Shown: piece after piece, positions 51,853 through 64,000 of the stretch
Numbering within the stretch: position 1 is the stretch's first letter
Layout of the letters: each line of letters opens with the position of its first letter
Assembly: GCA_951406725.2 (NCBI GenBank)
Contig: OX597829.1
Coordinates: 28,272,001-28,336,000, forward strand
Source: Octopus vulgaris
Taxonomy: Eukaryota
Direction: 5' to 3'
DNA: 64,000 nucleotides
The notes under the pieces: model-generated
The model's database searches: none
Told to the model about the DNA's origin: nothing
What the model saw: only the letters and a program-made list of their open reading frames with translations
Position numbers and translations under genes: made by a program

Positions 51853-53367
51853 TGTATACAATATAATAAAAATCAAAGTGGAACACAGAAATGACCAATG
51901 GAAAAGTTTAAATAAAAATGAAAATCCTCTCATCAGCCATAGAGACCCGAATCAGCAGTTTCACACACACACACACATTAGGCTTCTGTATACTTTCCAC
52001 CTTCTAACATAGGAATCCTACAATCACTCTGTCCTTTTTTTTCCTTAATTTTAATATCCAAATTAAGTGTGAAAATAGTTTTCAACTAAATATATTATTT
52101 ACTGCAAAGATGAAGTGGAGTTTTTTATGTATCTGGATCAATAGTTTTTCAGCACTAATCACTCAACTATGATAAGTAAAACCTAATGTCAGATAATGCA
52201 ATGTACTTTACCAAAAGATGCAGTACAATAGCTGTATCTTATGGCTGTGTGGTCAGAATCCAAAGACTTTAACTTTTTTGTTATTTAACACCCTGAAACC
52301 CTCACTGGTTCTATAATAAAAAAACTTCCAGTTTAAATTTATCTAAATGAAAACCTTCCTTTAAAACTCTATGTTAATTTATGTTCCAAGCATCAGTTCA
52401 AGAAGGAAAAAGGTATTTTACAATATTCTTCATTATTTAAATTTATTTAAATACAGGCAGTGTATTTCAACAGACACTGGGTAACAAAAGCATTAAAATG
52501 ATCTAAATTAAAACCCTTATTAAAATACTCATGTTAAATTATGTTCCAAGCAGCTTAATAATGACAAAGTTATTTTATTAAATGGAAATTTATTGGAACA
52601 AAGGCAGTGTATTTCAACAGAAATATGGTAACGAAAAGGTTAATCTACCAGTTCTCAGTCTTTTGTAGTGTAGCAATGTCTTTCATTGAGTAGTGTTTAC
52701 AAACACCCACTCATAATCTTTTGTGAAAACAAAAAAAAGGTAAGTTATTGTAATCAAATAGAAGCAATAGTTTATTATTCACCTTTTCTTATAATATCCC
52801 ATGTACCGCTTTTTAGATATTTACTTCAAGTTTTTTATAAAAAAAAAAAGACTCAGATTATATATATTACACTGGACCTTGGTTTGGCTCATCATCAGAC
52901 ATGTTTCTTCTCACTGATAACACAATGTAGAACTGAAATTTTAATCCTGTCAAAAGTTTTGGGATATAAAAGTATTATATCTAATTAAAAAATTGTATTT
53001 CCTATGTAGCTTAAATGTTCATTTTTGTACTTTACAACCTCTCTAAACATGCAGCACGCCCCTTAGCAACCACTTGAGAGTTCACAATGCCTCCAATGAC
53101 TCAACATGTCAGCCTAGTAGGACCCATATGTCTTCATTTCTGTATGAACAGAATGATTTGAACTTATCACAGCAAGCTAATGAAATGACATGAGAATCCA
53201 TTCAGTTACTCCACAACTTTATTCAATGAAATGAACCAAAAACATGCTATTACTAATTTAGAGCCAAGTAGACTGGGACATTGAAGAATATATATCTCTT
53301 ACATTTGAGGTGGCAATATGGCAGAGTTGTTAGAATATCTGGTAGTATTTGTTCTGACTCTCTACAC

Positions 53368-54137
53368 CAATGGTTCTCAACCGTGATCCATATGGCCTCT
53401 GAGGGTCCATACAAGATTTTTGGGGGTCCATGCAGCAAAAAAGTAAAATTGGGTCCACAGTAGTATTTTAAAAGTAAATGAAAAAAATTTTGCATTAGAT
53501 GTGTGTTTTGTAGTAAGTATAGCAAGAAACAGCTAGGTTTCTTTCCCTAACATTTTACATAGTTCAACCTGTGCAAATAAATGAGTGAAAAACAAATAGG
53601 AATATTGTAAGAAGTTTCTATAAAACTAGTTTTTAAACATCAAATAGCTATGAAGGTCCACTAGGAGTGGCTGTGTAGTAAATAGCTTGCTTACAAACCA
53701 CATGGTTCTGGGTTCAGTCCCACTGCGTGGCACCTTGGGCAAGTGTCTTCTACTATAGCCTCGGGCCAACCAAAGCCTTGTGAGTGGATTTGGTAGATGG
53801 AAACTGAAAGAAGCCCGTCGTATATATGTATGTATATATATATGTGTGTGTATACGTTTGTGTGTCTGTGTTTGTCCCCCCCAACATCGCTTGACAAACG
53901 ATGCTGGTGTGTTTACGTCCCCGTAACTTAGTGGTTCGGCAAAAAGAGACCGATAGAATAAGTACTAGACTTACAAAGAATAAGTTCTGGGGGTCGATTT
54001 GTTTGACTGAAGGCGGTGCTCCAGCATGGCCACAGTCAAGTGACTGAAACAAATAAAAGAATAAAAGAAAAAGAAAAGAATAGAATTTTAATAGTAATCA
54101 AAGGAGTCTATAGACATAAAATGGTGGAGAACTCCTG
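53368..54137. mobile_element. hAT-like MITE with an 8-bp TSD, interrupted by a SINE
   Basis: Termini CAATGGTTCTCAACC and GGTGGAGAACTCCTG; flanks CTCTACAC (53360-53367) and CCCTACAC (54138-54145). Confidence 0.7.
53662..54070 (+). mobile_element. tRNA-derived SINE, family A, nested in a hAT-like MITE
   Basis: Full-length copy between the two MITE termini. Confidence 0.85.
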
Positions 54138-56549
54138 CCCTACACTCCGAGTTCAAATACCATTGAGGACAATTCTGCCTTTCATTATTTCGGAGGTTGA
54201 TTATATTGGTACTAATCTGGGACAATAGATCAGATAAACTGGTAGAAGAGTAAGAATGTCAGACTAGATGGCTTGCAGAATTTTTTTACAGCTTTATGTG
54301 TTTGGAGTTTAAATTCTGCTGTAGCCTATATGGGTAGTAGACTTAATTTGCCACCAAGTTTAATGCCTCCATTTGACACCTCACGTCTTTAATGGAGTCC
54401 ACTGTGTAGCAAACATTTCAGCCATGTCTCCAATTTGAGAATACCTTCCTCCCTCTCTCCTACCCAACAGTCTTGAAGGCCCTGTAATGGGTCAGGGGCA
54501 TTGTGCTCCCTTCCTGATTAAAAGATTAAAAAAATGGAGTGCAGGGATGATGAGAAAACAAACACCAAATTTAGTAACTAACTAAAACAGTACATACACA
54601 CAACATAACCAATATAAACTGATAAAATTTTGACATCTATAACAGATGTAGTTAAGAATTTCACCAATTTGCAGACAACATTCTTTTAAATTTTGTCTAA
54701 TATATTTCTGAAATTTTACATAAAAGTCTGAAATCTGAGTAATTCTGTTAAATTTGAATTTGTATACTACATATTGTGGTCTGCTAGTTGCCTGGAGTGT
54801 ACACAATCTCAATGATTATATACATAAAAATCAAAAAGACCACTTGAGTAGAGAGGGGAGAGGGGAGATGGGGAGGCAGAGGGAGAGGAAGAAGGACAGC
54901 TGCACTAGCATACACCTGATACTCATTTTCAGCTGAAAGAACTGGAACAACATGAAATGCCTTGTTCAAGGATACAATAAATACACCACCCAGTACAGGA
55001 ACTGAACCCACACTATTATGATCATGAGCCTAACATCTTAACCACTACGCCATGTACCTAGAAACTTATACAGATTAATTAAGCGTACATTTGTATTGAA
55101 GCTATATGACAAAGCATTTTATGACAGGATATCTCTGCCACTAGAGTCAACCTGATATGTGCATGGGCGGTTGATGAAACCAGAGAACTATTTCAGCTGA
55201 ATGACCAAAACAACTTCTTCATTGTATACATACAACAACAGCAGAAGCTGTCTTATGACATATTTTGCATAAATCTTATACTATCATGGATTAACAACAG
55301 GCTGCTATTATGTCATCATCATTATCATCATCATCATAACATCTGTTTTCATGTTGGTATGGACTGGATGATTTGACAGGAGCTGGCCATCTGGAGAGCC
55401 ATCCAGACTCCAAACTGTCTATTTTTTTTTTTTAAATACATCCAGCTCAACTATATTTAAACAGATCTATGTTCAAAAGTATTCATGCAGTGGTTACCAC
55501 AACTACCAGTTAATACGTTACTTTGTTATTCAAGATGGTGGGAGATTTAGATCTATTTCTACTGAGTCAAGTGGTCCTGTAGCCGTGCCTTGTTGGTTCA
55601 TGATCATATCTAGTTCCATCCATGACAAACCTCTTTTAGGTAAATGATACTCCAAACAATCATGGATTGGACAGCTTGATGGTATTATGCCATCATTTCT
55701 CTTGATTTTGTCACCTAGTCTGTGAGGACTACATTGCCCAATAAAGACAATATTTTGTTTTTATTTATCCCTTGAGATTCAAAAATATAAAATGGAATAT
55801 TTGACCAAACTTTACTAACCTACAAAAAACAGAATTTCAAACTGCTTTTACTCTACAAGTAGATTAAAAGATAATAATCCTTTCTACCATAGGCACAAGG
55901 CCTGAAATCTGGGAGAGAGAGCTAGTTGATCATAACAACCCCAGTACTCCACTGGTACTTATTTCATCAACCCCAAACGGATGAAAGGAAAAGTCGACCT
56001 TGGTGGAATTTGAACTCAGAAAATAAGGACGGACGAAATGCCACTAAGGATTCTGCCAGCTTGCTGTCTTAGATTGAAAGATAATTATAATAATAAAAAA
56101 TCATATCTACAGTTAAATGAAGACTCTTGAAGGGAATTACTAAATGTTAATTTTAGGGATATAAAGCAAGTGAATCCAAAAACACAGTCTTCAATGATGT
56201 GAGAGAAGCAATAATAAGGTTAATGTTAGACAATAACTATCATTACAAGGGGATGCTGGATTTGGGTAAAAGAAAATACAGGAGGATCAATTATGATTTT
56301 ACTCAACCTATATCCCTCTCAGATTCACACACCCATTGCAGCAGTCCTTCAGTTTTTTTAAGCCCTCTAAAAGAATTTGGAAAGTTGGGCCTCCAGCCAG
56401 GCCTTTCACGATATCCTTAAAGCCAGGAACTTTTCAGTATCTCCTCATAAATGAATGCCTTTGAGAACAGATGTTGCTTCTAGGAATGTGAAACAAATGA
56501 ATCCGAAGATAGAGTTTTCAGCAATGTGACAATAATACTAATAATAATA

Positions 56550-57210
56550 ATGCATTCTACAAAAGGCACAAGGCTTGAAATTTTGTGGGGAGGAATTGGT
56601 TGATTGCATTAACCCCAGTGCTTGACTGGTATCTATTTTATTGACCCTGAAAAGGTGAAAGGCCAAATTCCACCTGAGTGGAATTTGAACTCAGAGCATA
56701 AAAATGGACAAAATATCGCTAAGCATTTTGTTCAGCGTATTAAAGATTCTGTCAACTCACTACCTTAATAATGTTTTCAAATTTTGGCACAAGGCCAGTA
56801 ATTAGGGGAGAGGGGATAAGTCGATTACATTGACCCTAATGCTCAACTGGTACTTACTTTATCAACCATGAAAGGATGAAAGGTAAAGTAAACCTCAGTG
56901 GAATTTGAACTCTGAATGTGAAGATGGACAAAATTCCACAAAGCACTTTGCCAGGCATGCTAACAATTCTGTCACCATACCACACTACTCACTACCTTAA
57001 TAATCTTTTCTATTATAGGCATCAGGACTGAAATTTTGGGGGAGGGGGTAGTCAATTACATCAACCCCAGTGTTTGACTGGTACTCATTTTATGAACCCT
57101 GAAAGGATAAAAGGCAAAGTCGACCTTGGCAGAATTTAAACTCAGAATGTAAAGATGGATGACATGCCTCTGACCATTTTGCCCAACATGCTAATGATCA
57201 CTACCTTAAT
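56550..57210 (-). mobile_element. Three head-to-tail family-B SINE copies
   Basis: Three consecutive units of about 215 bp, each with GGCACAAGG...GGAATTTGAACTC...CTACCTTAATAAT-like sequence. Confidence 0.75.
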
Positions 57211-60200
57211 AATGATAACAAAACAATAATACTCATGTGAGACATACCTATAGTTAAATGAAGACCCTGGAGGGGAATTTACAGGTGTTATTGTCAGGAA
57301 TGTTAAACAAGTCCTTTTTTATCATTTTTAATCACCCCCCAAAAGATTTTAAAAATCAGAACATAGAGACATGTAATTAATTTTAGAAATTTTGTCTGAT
57401 GTTCCTTATGGTATTTCATCAGCTAGTTACTTCTTTCCATTGGTTCTAATAGCAAAATACCAGATAGTAAAATCTGGGAATATGAGTGACACCATGGTGC
57501 TAACCACTACTTGTAGATGAGACTGGCAAGCCTTCAGGCTGAATGTAACCATGATAATTTTTGGGGTCTCTCCCCCATCATTTTTGTTTTCTTCTCTCAC
57601 TGATAAATGAGATTCTGGAAGCTATAGAAGTAACTGTTAAATTGATTGGGTCAGAGATGTTTTGGCATGTTTTAATTATGTCAATGTATACTGTTAATTA
57701 CTTTTTCCCCCTTTGCACTGTCTCCTTACACTGCCGTCATTTACACAGAATTGGAATAACTGATTTGAAAACTGACAAACTATGAATCAGAATCAGAATA
57801 TTATTGGCCTAATGCCATTTAAATTAGCAGGTAACGTGGAATGTAATAATAGCTTTTATTTTTACATACCTGGGAAGAGTAAACACAAGTAATCCAGAGG
57901 GTCTTTGGTTCAAACCTTAATACAAATACTGCTTTACGCTATCAAATGTCTGTACAATGACTACTACTCCCTTTAGGAAAGCCACGAAACACATAGAACA
58001 ACCAAAATTGTTGTTAAAACCTGCTACTAAGGAATTAAATGTGAAAAATACAAGTCTTTATGAGTAAGCTGTTTTCCATGCTGGCATGGGTTGGATGGTT
58101 TGATTAGAGCTAGCAAGCAGGAGAGCTGTACTAGGTTCCAAACTGATTGTCTTGGTTTCCATGGCTAGATACCCTTTCTAACACCAACCACTTTACAGTT
58201 TGTGCTAGATGCTTTTTTAAGTGGCACTGGCACAGGTGCTATTATGTGGCATCAGCACAGGGCTCTTGCAGGCCAATCTTATTCAATAGGGGGTTTGTCA
58301 TTAACACTTCTGCTGTGGAGAACATGTCTTCTTGGGCAAGGCAAGGCACCAGATAAAAGAACCAGGACAAGGACATATTTGATAATCATAGCAGAGTGTT
58401 AGCTATGGATCCAGCAAGCTGTCTTTCGCTTAGCTTTATAGAACCAAGACAAACTAAGCAGCCACCAAATTAAAGGTCTTGTAGTGCTGTATTTTGTTTT
58501 GTTATGTTCTGATTTTAAATTCCACTGAATTGAAATTTGGTCTTTTATCTCTTCAGAGTTGACAAAACAAGTAAAGGTGGTGAAATCAATATATGAACAA
58601 AACCAATTTTTAAAGGTTTTATCCTACACTTTGTTATGTGTGAGATCAGGTGAACCACTTAGCTTTTGTCAAATACATGACGATCTCTTTACTGCTGATG
58701 TCATGAATAAATTAAATGTACCCAGTACAATCTGTAAAGTTGTTGATATTATGAACAGTGTCCAGCTACAAAAACCAAGCCAAAAATGCAACTTATGAGC
58801 AAAATATGGTCTACTAGCCCATCTGGAAGAGCTGCAACTCATGCTAGAATGGAAAGGGGCAGGGTTTAAAAAAAGCAGCTGATGATGATGATGATGATGA
58901 TTTCTACCTTATTTGATCTGTTTAAACCAGATTAAAATGAGATGTTCAAGTTTTCACTGATACACACACGCATACATACAAACACTATTTTAGGTTTCAG
59001 CTTGCAGAAACTAAATAAACAACTTTAATTTAGCTTCATTATGTGCTGTTGCCATTTGGGTAAGAAATACTTTTACCATATAGTCTGGTAATAATCTCAA
59101 ATCAAATAATAAAAAAAAATATACCATAATAAAAATAACTATGCATTTGGTTAAATGCCATATTAACATTGTTGGTTATCAGAACAGCAACAGCAGCAAC
59201 AACAAACAGCAACTGCAGCAGCAAACTAAAAACTAATTAATATTGCAATAATGATTATGACAGTTTAACATCATTTACAGTTTTGGAAAGACCAAATAGT
59301 TCTCACATGCAACAGATGTGAGTTCAATTCTAAGGAAAAAAAAGGTTCCAATATTGCAGAATGATTCCTGAACAATGCAGTTCATACAGATCATAGAAGT
59401 TCATGCTTTCAATGTACAATGTAGAATAGAATAAAGACTACTATTATACTGCCTTCAACATTACAATATTTACTGAAGGTCCATTCTATAACACCATTTG
59501 ATAGGAAAAGGGAGGGGCTAACAAGAATATGAATACAATACTGGCTGAGTAACCAATAGTTAAATTTTGAGCATCCTCTTATATTAACCCTTTAGCATTC
59601 AGATTTCTTTGTCAAATGTATTGCTAATCTAATCACATTATTTTGAATTAATCTTGTATTATTTTGTAGCTTTAAGATTTCAATGGTGTGTTGGAATATA
59701 TTTTTTAAATGACATTGTAGGGTTAAGTGTGAGAGACTGGGTTTGGTCAGTTTTAACATAAAAAACAGGTTGAATATTTGGGCTGGATATGGCCAGATTG
59801 AATGCTCAAAAAGGTTAAACTGGTTATATCCTACTAACTCTCACACAAACCCTACAATGTCATTCTCAAAAATAAACAATCACATCATCAAAATCTTGAA
59901 GTTGCAAGATAACTCACAATTTATTCAAAAACAAAGTTAGTGAATAAGCATTATATTTGACAGAGTTTGTTAAGGAGTCAACAAAATCAATCAAAGATTA
60001 CTGAGAGAAATAAATAAAACAAGTAATCTTTTGTTTCAGTCATCAGACTGCAACTATCCTGGAGTACCCCTTTGATGGGTTTTAAACCCTTTAGCATTCA
60101 GTTTATTCTGCTAAATATAATGCTTATTTATTCCCATTGTTTTCAATTAATTATGCATTATCTTGTAGCCTCGAGATTGATATAATGTGATGTTTATTTT

Positions 60201-60279
60201 TAGATTGACATTGTAGGGTAGGGGTGTAAGTGGCCTAATCTGGCTGGCTTCAACATTAGGTAGACTATTTTGGCTGGGT

Positions 60280-60612
60280 TGTTGAGACCCACTTCGGTCA
60301 TGACTGACCGTGGGATTGCACCTAGAAAGTTACCCTCCCAGGCACAAGTCCAGGCATCGTTGTTTATGGAAGACCAGCAGTGGCCCATGCATTCCGGCCT
60401 CCCCTCTCCACGCCACCTGTGTTATTCAAGGGAAAGGCAACGGCTGATACAGCTTGGCACCTGTGACGTCGCAACCCATTTCTACAGCTGAGTGAACTGG
60501 AGCAATGTGAAATAAAGTGTTTGCTCAAGAACACAACATGCAGTCAGGTCCAGGATTCGAACCCTCAACCTCATGATCATAAAATCGATGCTCTAACCAC
60601 TGAGCTATGCGC
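60280..60612 (-). mobile_element. tRNA-derived SINE, family C, inserted in a piggyBac-like MITE with an 11-bp TSD; related copies at about 47575-47922 and 32820-33065, partial at 22955-23250
   Basis: tRNA-like head on the minus strand (GCGCATAGCTCAGTGGTTAGAGC...GGTTCGAATCC). TTTGGCTGGGT is duplicated at 60269-60279 and 60613-60623. Confidence 0.85.
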
Positions 60613-62539
60613 TTTGGCTGGGTATGGCCAGTTTATTTACTAAAGGGTTAAACCAGCCACATCCAGCCCAAATATTCTACCTGTTTTATGGTAAAACTAG
60701 CCAGATCTGGCCTCTTACACCTATCCTACAATGTCATTCTAAAAATAAACAACCACATCATTGAAATCTTAAAGGTATAAAACAATGCCTGAGTAATTCA
60801 AAATAATGTGAATAAATAAGGATTACATTTCATAAAGTAATCTGAATGCTAAAGGGTTAATCAAATGAATTGACTGCAGTACTTAAACAAACCAACACCA
60901 GTTCATCATCATCATCATCATCGTTTAACGTCCATTCTCCATGCTAGCATGGGTTGGACGGTTCGACTGGGGATCTGGGAAGCCAGAAGGCTGCACCAGG
61001 CTCCGGTCTTATCTGGCAATGTTTCTACAGCTGGATGCCCTTCCTAACGCCAACCACTCCGTGAGTGTAGTGGGTGCTTTTTACGTGCCACCTGCACTGG
61101 AGCCAGGCGAGGCTGGCATCGGCCACAGTCGGATTGGTGCATTTTACGTGCCACCTGCACGGAAGCCAGTCGAGGCAGCACTGGCTTCGGCCACGATTCG
61201 GATGGTGCTTTTTACGTGCCACCGACACGGAAGCCAGTTATGTTCACATTTTCCATGTGACCTGATTTTCATTGTAGAATCTACTTTAACTATGGTTTTA
61301 GTCAGTTGCAGAGAGCACAAGTGAGGTTATGAAAAGAAGAGGTTTCCAGTCCTACCAAAGACAAATTTTCACACCAGGTAAAGAACAGAACAAGAGACTG
61401 AAGATTTGAAGTAGGAATATTAGTTAGTAACAAATAATTGTGAGATGTTAAAGAACACAAGAGTTCCTTCCTTAATTGACTAAACATTATATAATCCAAT
61501 GGGAGGGTTCGTATGTAGTCATTAGGTGTGCTAGAAGTAGCAAATAAATTTCTCTCAGAGGACACATAAAATAATTTGGTTCTCAATGTAATAAAAAAAT
61601 GGAATGGTCACAGCTGGAATGCCTTTGATAATAAATCCAATCCATGACTTCATGGATCAGACAGAGTTTATTGAGGCAGGTTTTCTACTGCCAGATGTCC
61701 TCCTTGTTGCCAACCCTCACCTGCTTTCAAGCAAGGTAACATTTCCAAATGACCAAACATGTGTGTGTGTTTGTGTCTGAGTTAGTCTCCTCGTTATTTC
61801 ACAACTACTGTTGGTTTGTTTACATCACCCCCAGAACTTACCAGTTTCACAAAAGGGACCAACAGAATAAGTACCAGACTTAAGAAAAAAAAAATTAAAT
61901 AATAAGTGCTGGGGTCAATTTGTTTGACTAAAACTCTTCAAGTCGGTGCATGGGCATGGCCACAGTCCGATGATTGAAACAAATAAAAGAAGAAAAAAAC
62001 CAAAAAAGACAGGCATTTCAAGAAAGGAAAATATATACAGAAGCCAGCCACCATAATCTGATATTTAGGGTGCAGATTCAAAATGGCACCTTCCATTCAA
62101 AACTAAAAGTATATCTCAATGCCAAGGCCTGGAACTAAAACAAGTGTGAAGATAACACATCTCTGCTGACACTAAGCTGGACTACATAGATATACTTTCT
62201 TGGCATCGGCAGTAATATTGCGTCTCAACAGCAGATGCTGTATGTGTGAGTGTTTGTGTGTGTGTGCATATGTGTATGATATAGTATTTGTAGGTGAATG
62301 ATATAAAGTGTAATGTATAGGCTTATGGTGGATGTGTAGACTCCGTTTTATGTATGTCTGTATGTTACTGTTAGAGAAACTTATGTATAAGTACACACAA
62401 GAGATAATGTATGACAGGATATATTGCAACAGTACATATCTGGTTTAGTTATTTTAATACTGAATTTTCCAGTAAGGCATTTAAATCATAGGGAAAAGTT
62501 TACGAAATATACAATACAGTGTATGTACGTATGTGTGTG

Positions 62540-62880
62540 TGGGAATGTACCAATTCACACAGCTGAAGTTGTTACGGAATGGCACAAGGAACATTCTAGT
62601 GAAGTTGAACATCTCATCTGGTCACCACAGTCCCCAGAACTCAATGTTATTGAACATTTACGGTGCATTTTAGGAAAACAAGTAGGGAGTCAATATCCTT
62701 CACCATCATCGCTACAAGAACTGCAGACTGTTTCAGCTGAAGAATGGAGAAAAATTCCTTTGGAAACAATTCAAGCTTTGTACGAGTCCGTACCTTGTAT
62801 AATTCAAGCTGTAATTACTACCAAAGGCAGTCCTACTCCATTTTAAAATAAATTTGTTTGAAATTTTAAGGTGTTTCGCA
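62540..62880 (+). mobile_element. Tc1 transposase C-terminal (DDE) fragment
   Basis: NVPIHTAEVVTEW...WSPQSPELNVIEHL...[31 protein letters not shown] matches the Tc1 WPxQSPDLNxIE region. Confidence 0.85.
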
Positions 62881-63052
62881 CCCATGACACTCATGAAGTG
62901 GTTGGCGTTAGGAAGGGCATCCAGCCGTAGAAACACTGCCAGATCAGACTGGAGTATAGTGTGGCCTCCTGGCTTCCCAGACCCCAGTTGAACCGTCCAA
63001 CCCATGCCAGCATGGAAAGCGGACGTTAAACGATGATGATGATGATGATGAT

Positions 63053-63505
<453 letters not shown>

Positions 63506-63513
63506 CATCATCT

Positions 63514-64000
63514 GCTACATCATCTGCATGATGTGGAAAATATTCCATCAGCATTGCCCAAATGATGTTGGCATCACCTTTAAGGTACATCCAAGGCTTG
63601 GGCCCCGTGCCATCCGCCCAAAACAAAAATCAGTCGAAGCACCTCAAAGGGCAATCACAAAAAAGATAGATGGCATGACAGGCCTCGACTATTGGGGTCG
63701 ACTAGAAAAGCTAAAACTCTATTCTCTCCAACGTCGTCGTGAGCGCTACATCATCTGCATGATGTGGAAAATATTCCATCAGCATTGCCCAAATGATGTT
63801 GGCATCACCTTTAAGGTACATCCAAGGCTTGGGCCCCGTGCCATCCGCCCAAAACAAAAATCGCACTCTCATCTCATAACAACAATACGGCACAATTATT
63901 TCACCTCAATTGGCCCCGCTCTCTTTAACATTACACCAAAACACATTAAAACAGAAACTGACCCTATAGGGTTCAAGAAGTCTTTGGACAGATTCCTTCA
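63514..64000 (+). mobile_element. LINE 3' coding fragment (CR1/Jockey group) with an upstream 118-bp duplication
   Basis: [32 protein letters not shown]...[13 protein letters not shown]...FKKSLDRFL is a typical LINE ORF2 C-terminus. 63514-63631 is identical to 63745-63862. Confidence 0.75.

Noticed and set aside
60033-60050. Minus-strand CTGATGA-CT-GAAAC resembling a hammerhead core
   Set aside because: It is a variant of the SINE tail hairpin CAGTC-AAAT-GACTG-AAAC, with no stem II and no flanking stems.
60540-60612. tRNA-like sequence (also the heads of SINE families A and B)
   Set aside because: It continues into a SINE body bounded by a TSD and has no complete cloverleaf; it is a SINE head, not a tRNA gene.

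Overview
AT-rich, microsatellite- and SINE-dense animal genomic DNA. The repeat families look like those of octopus; that assignment is my recognition, not a search result. The minus strand carries most of an integrin-linked kinase (ILK) gene: eight canonical GT-AG coding exons (33967 down to 11633) join in frame, from the ankyrin repeats into the pseudokinase domain. A ninth, divergent exon (9059-8949) starts like the canonical IDEDL exon, then diverges and stops in a Cys-rich tail. I could not find ILK coding exon 1 or the canonical C-terminal exons in the window. The introns hold a young 5'-truncated RTE LINE, degenerate mariner and Tc1 elements, Helitrons, piggyBac-like and hAT-like MITEs, tRNA-derived SINEs and a decayed Penelope-like RT. 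The most unusual signal is a set of short elements sitting in (TA)n tracts. Three are near-perfect long palindromes, and four carry minimal type-I hammerhead ribozyme folds, one with a swapped G3-C8 core pair. Exon, palindrome, hammerhead and TSD coordinates were counted by hand; most repeat boundaries are approximate.
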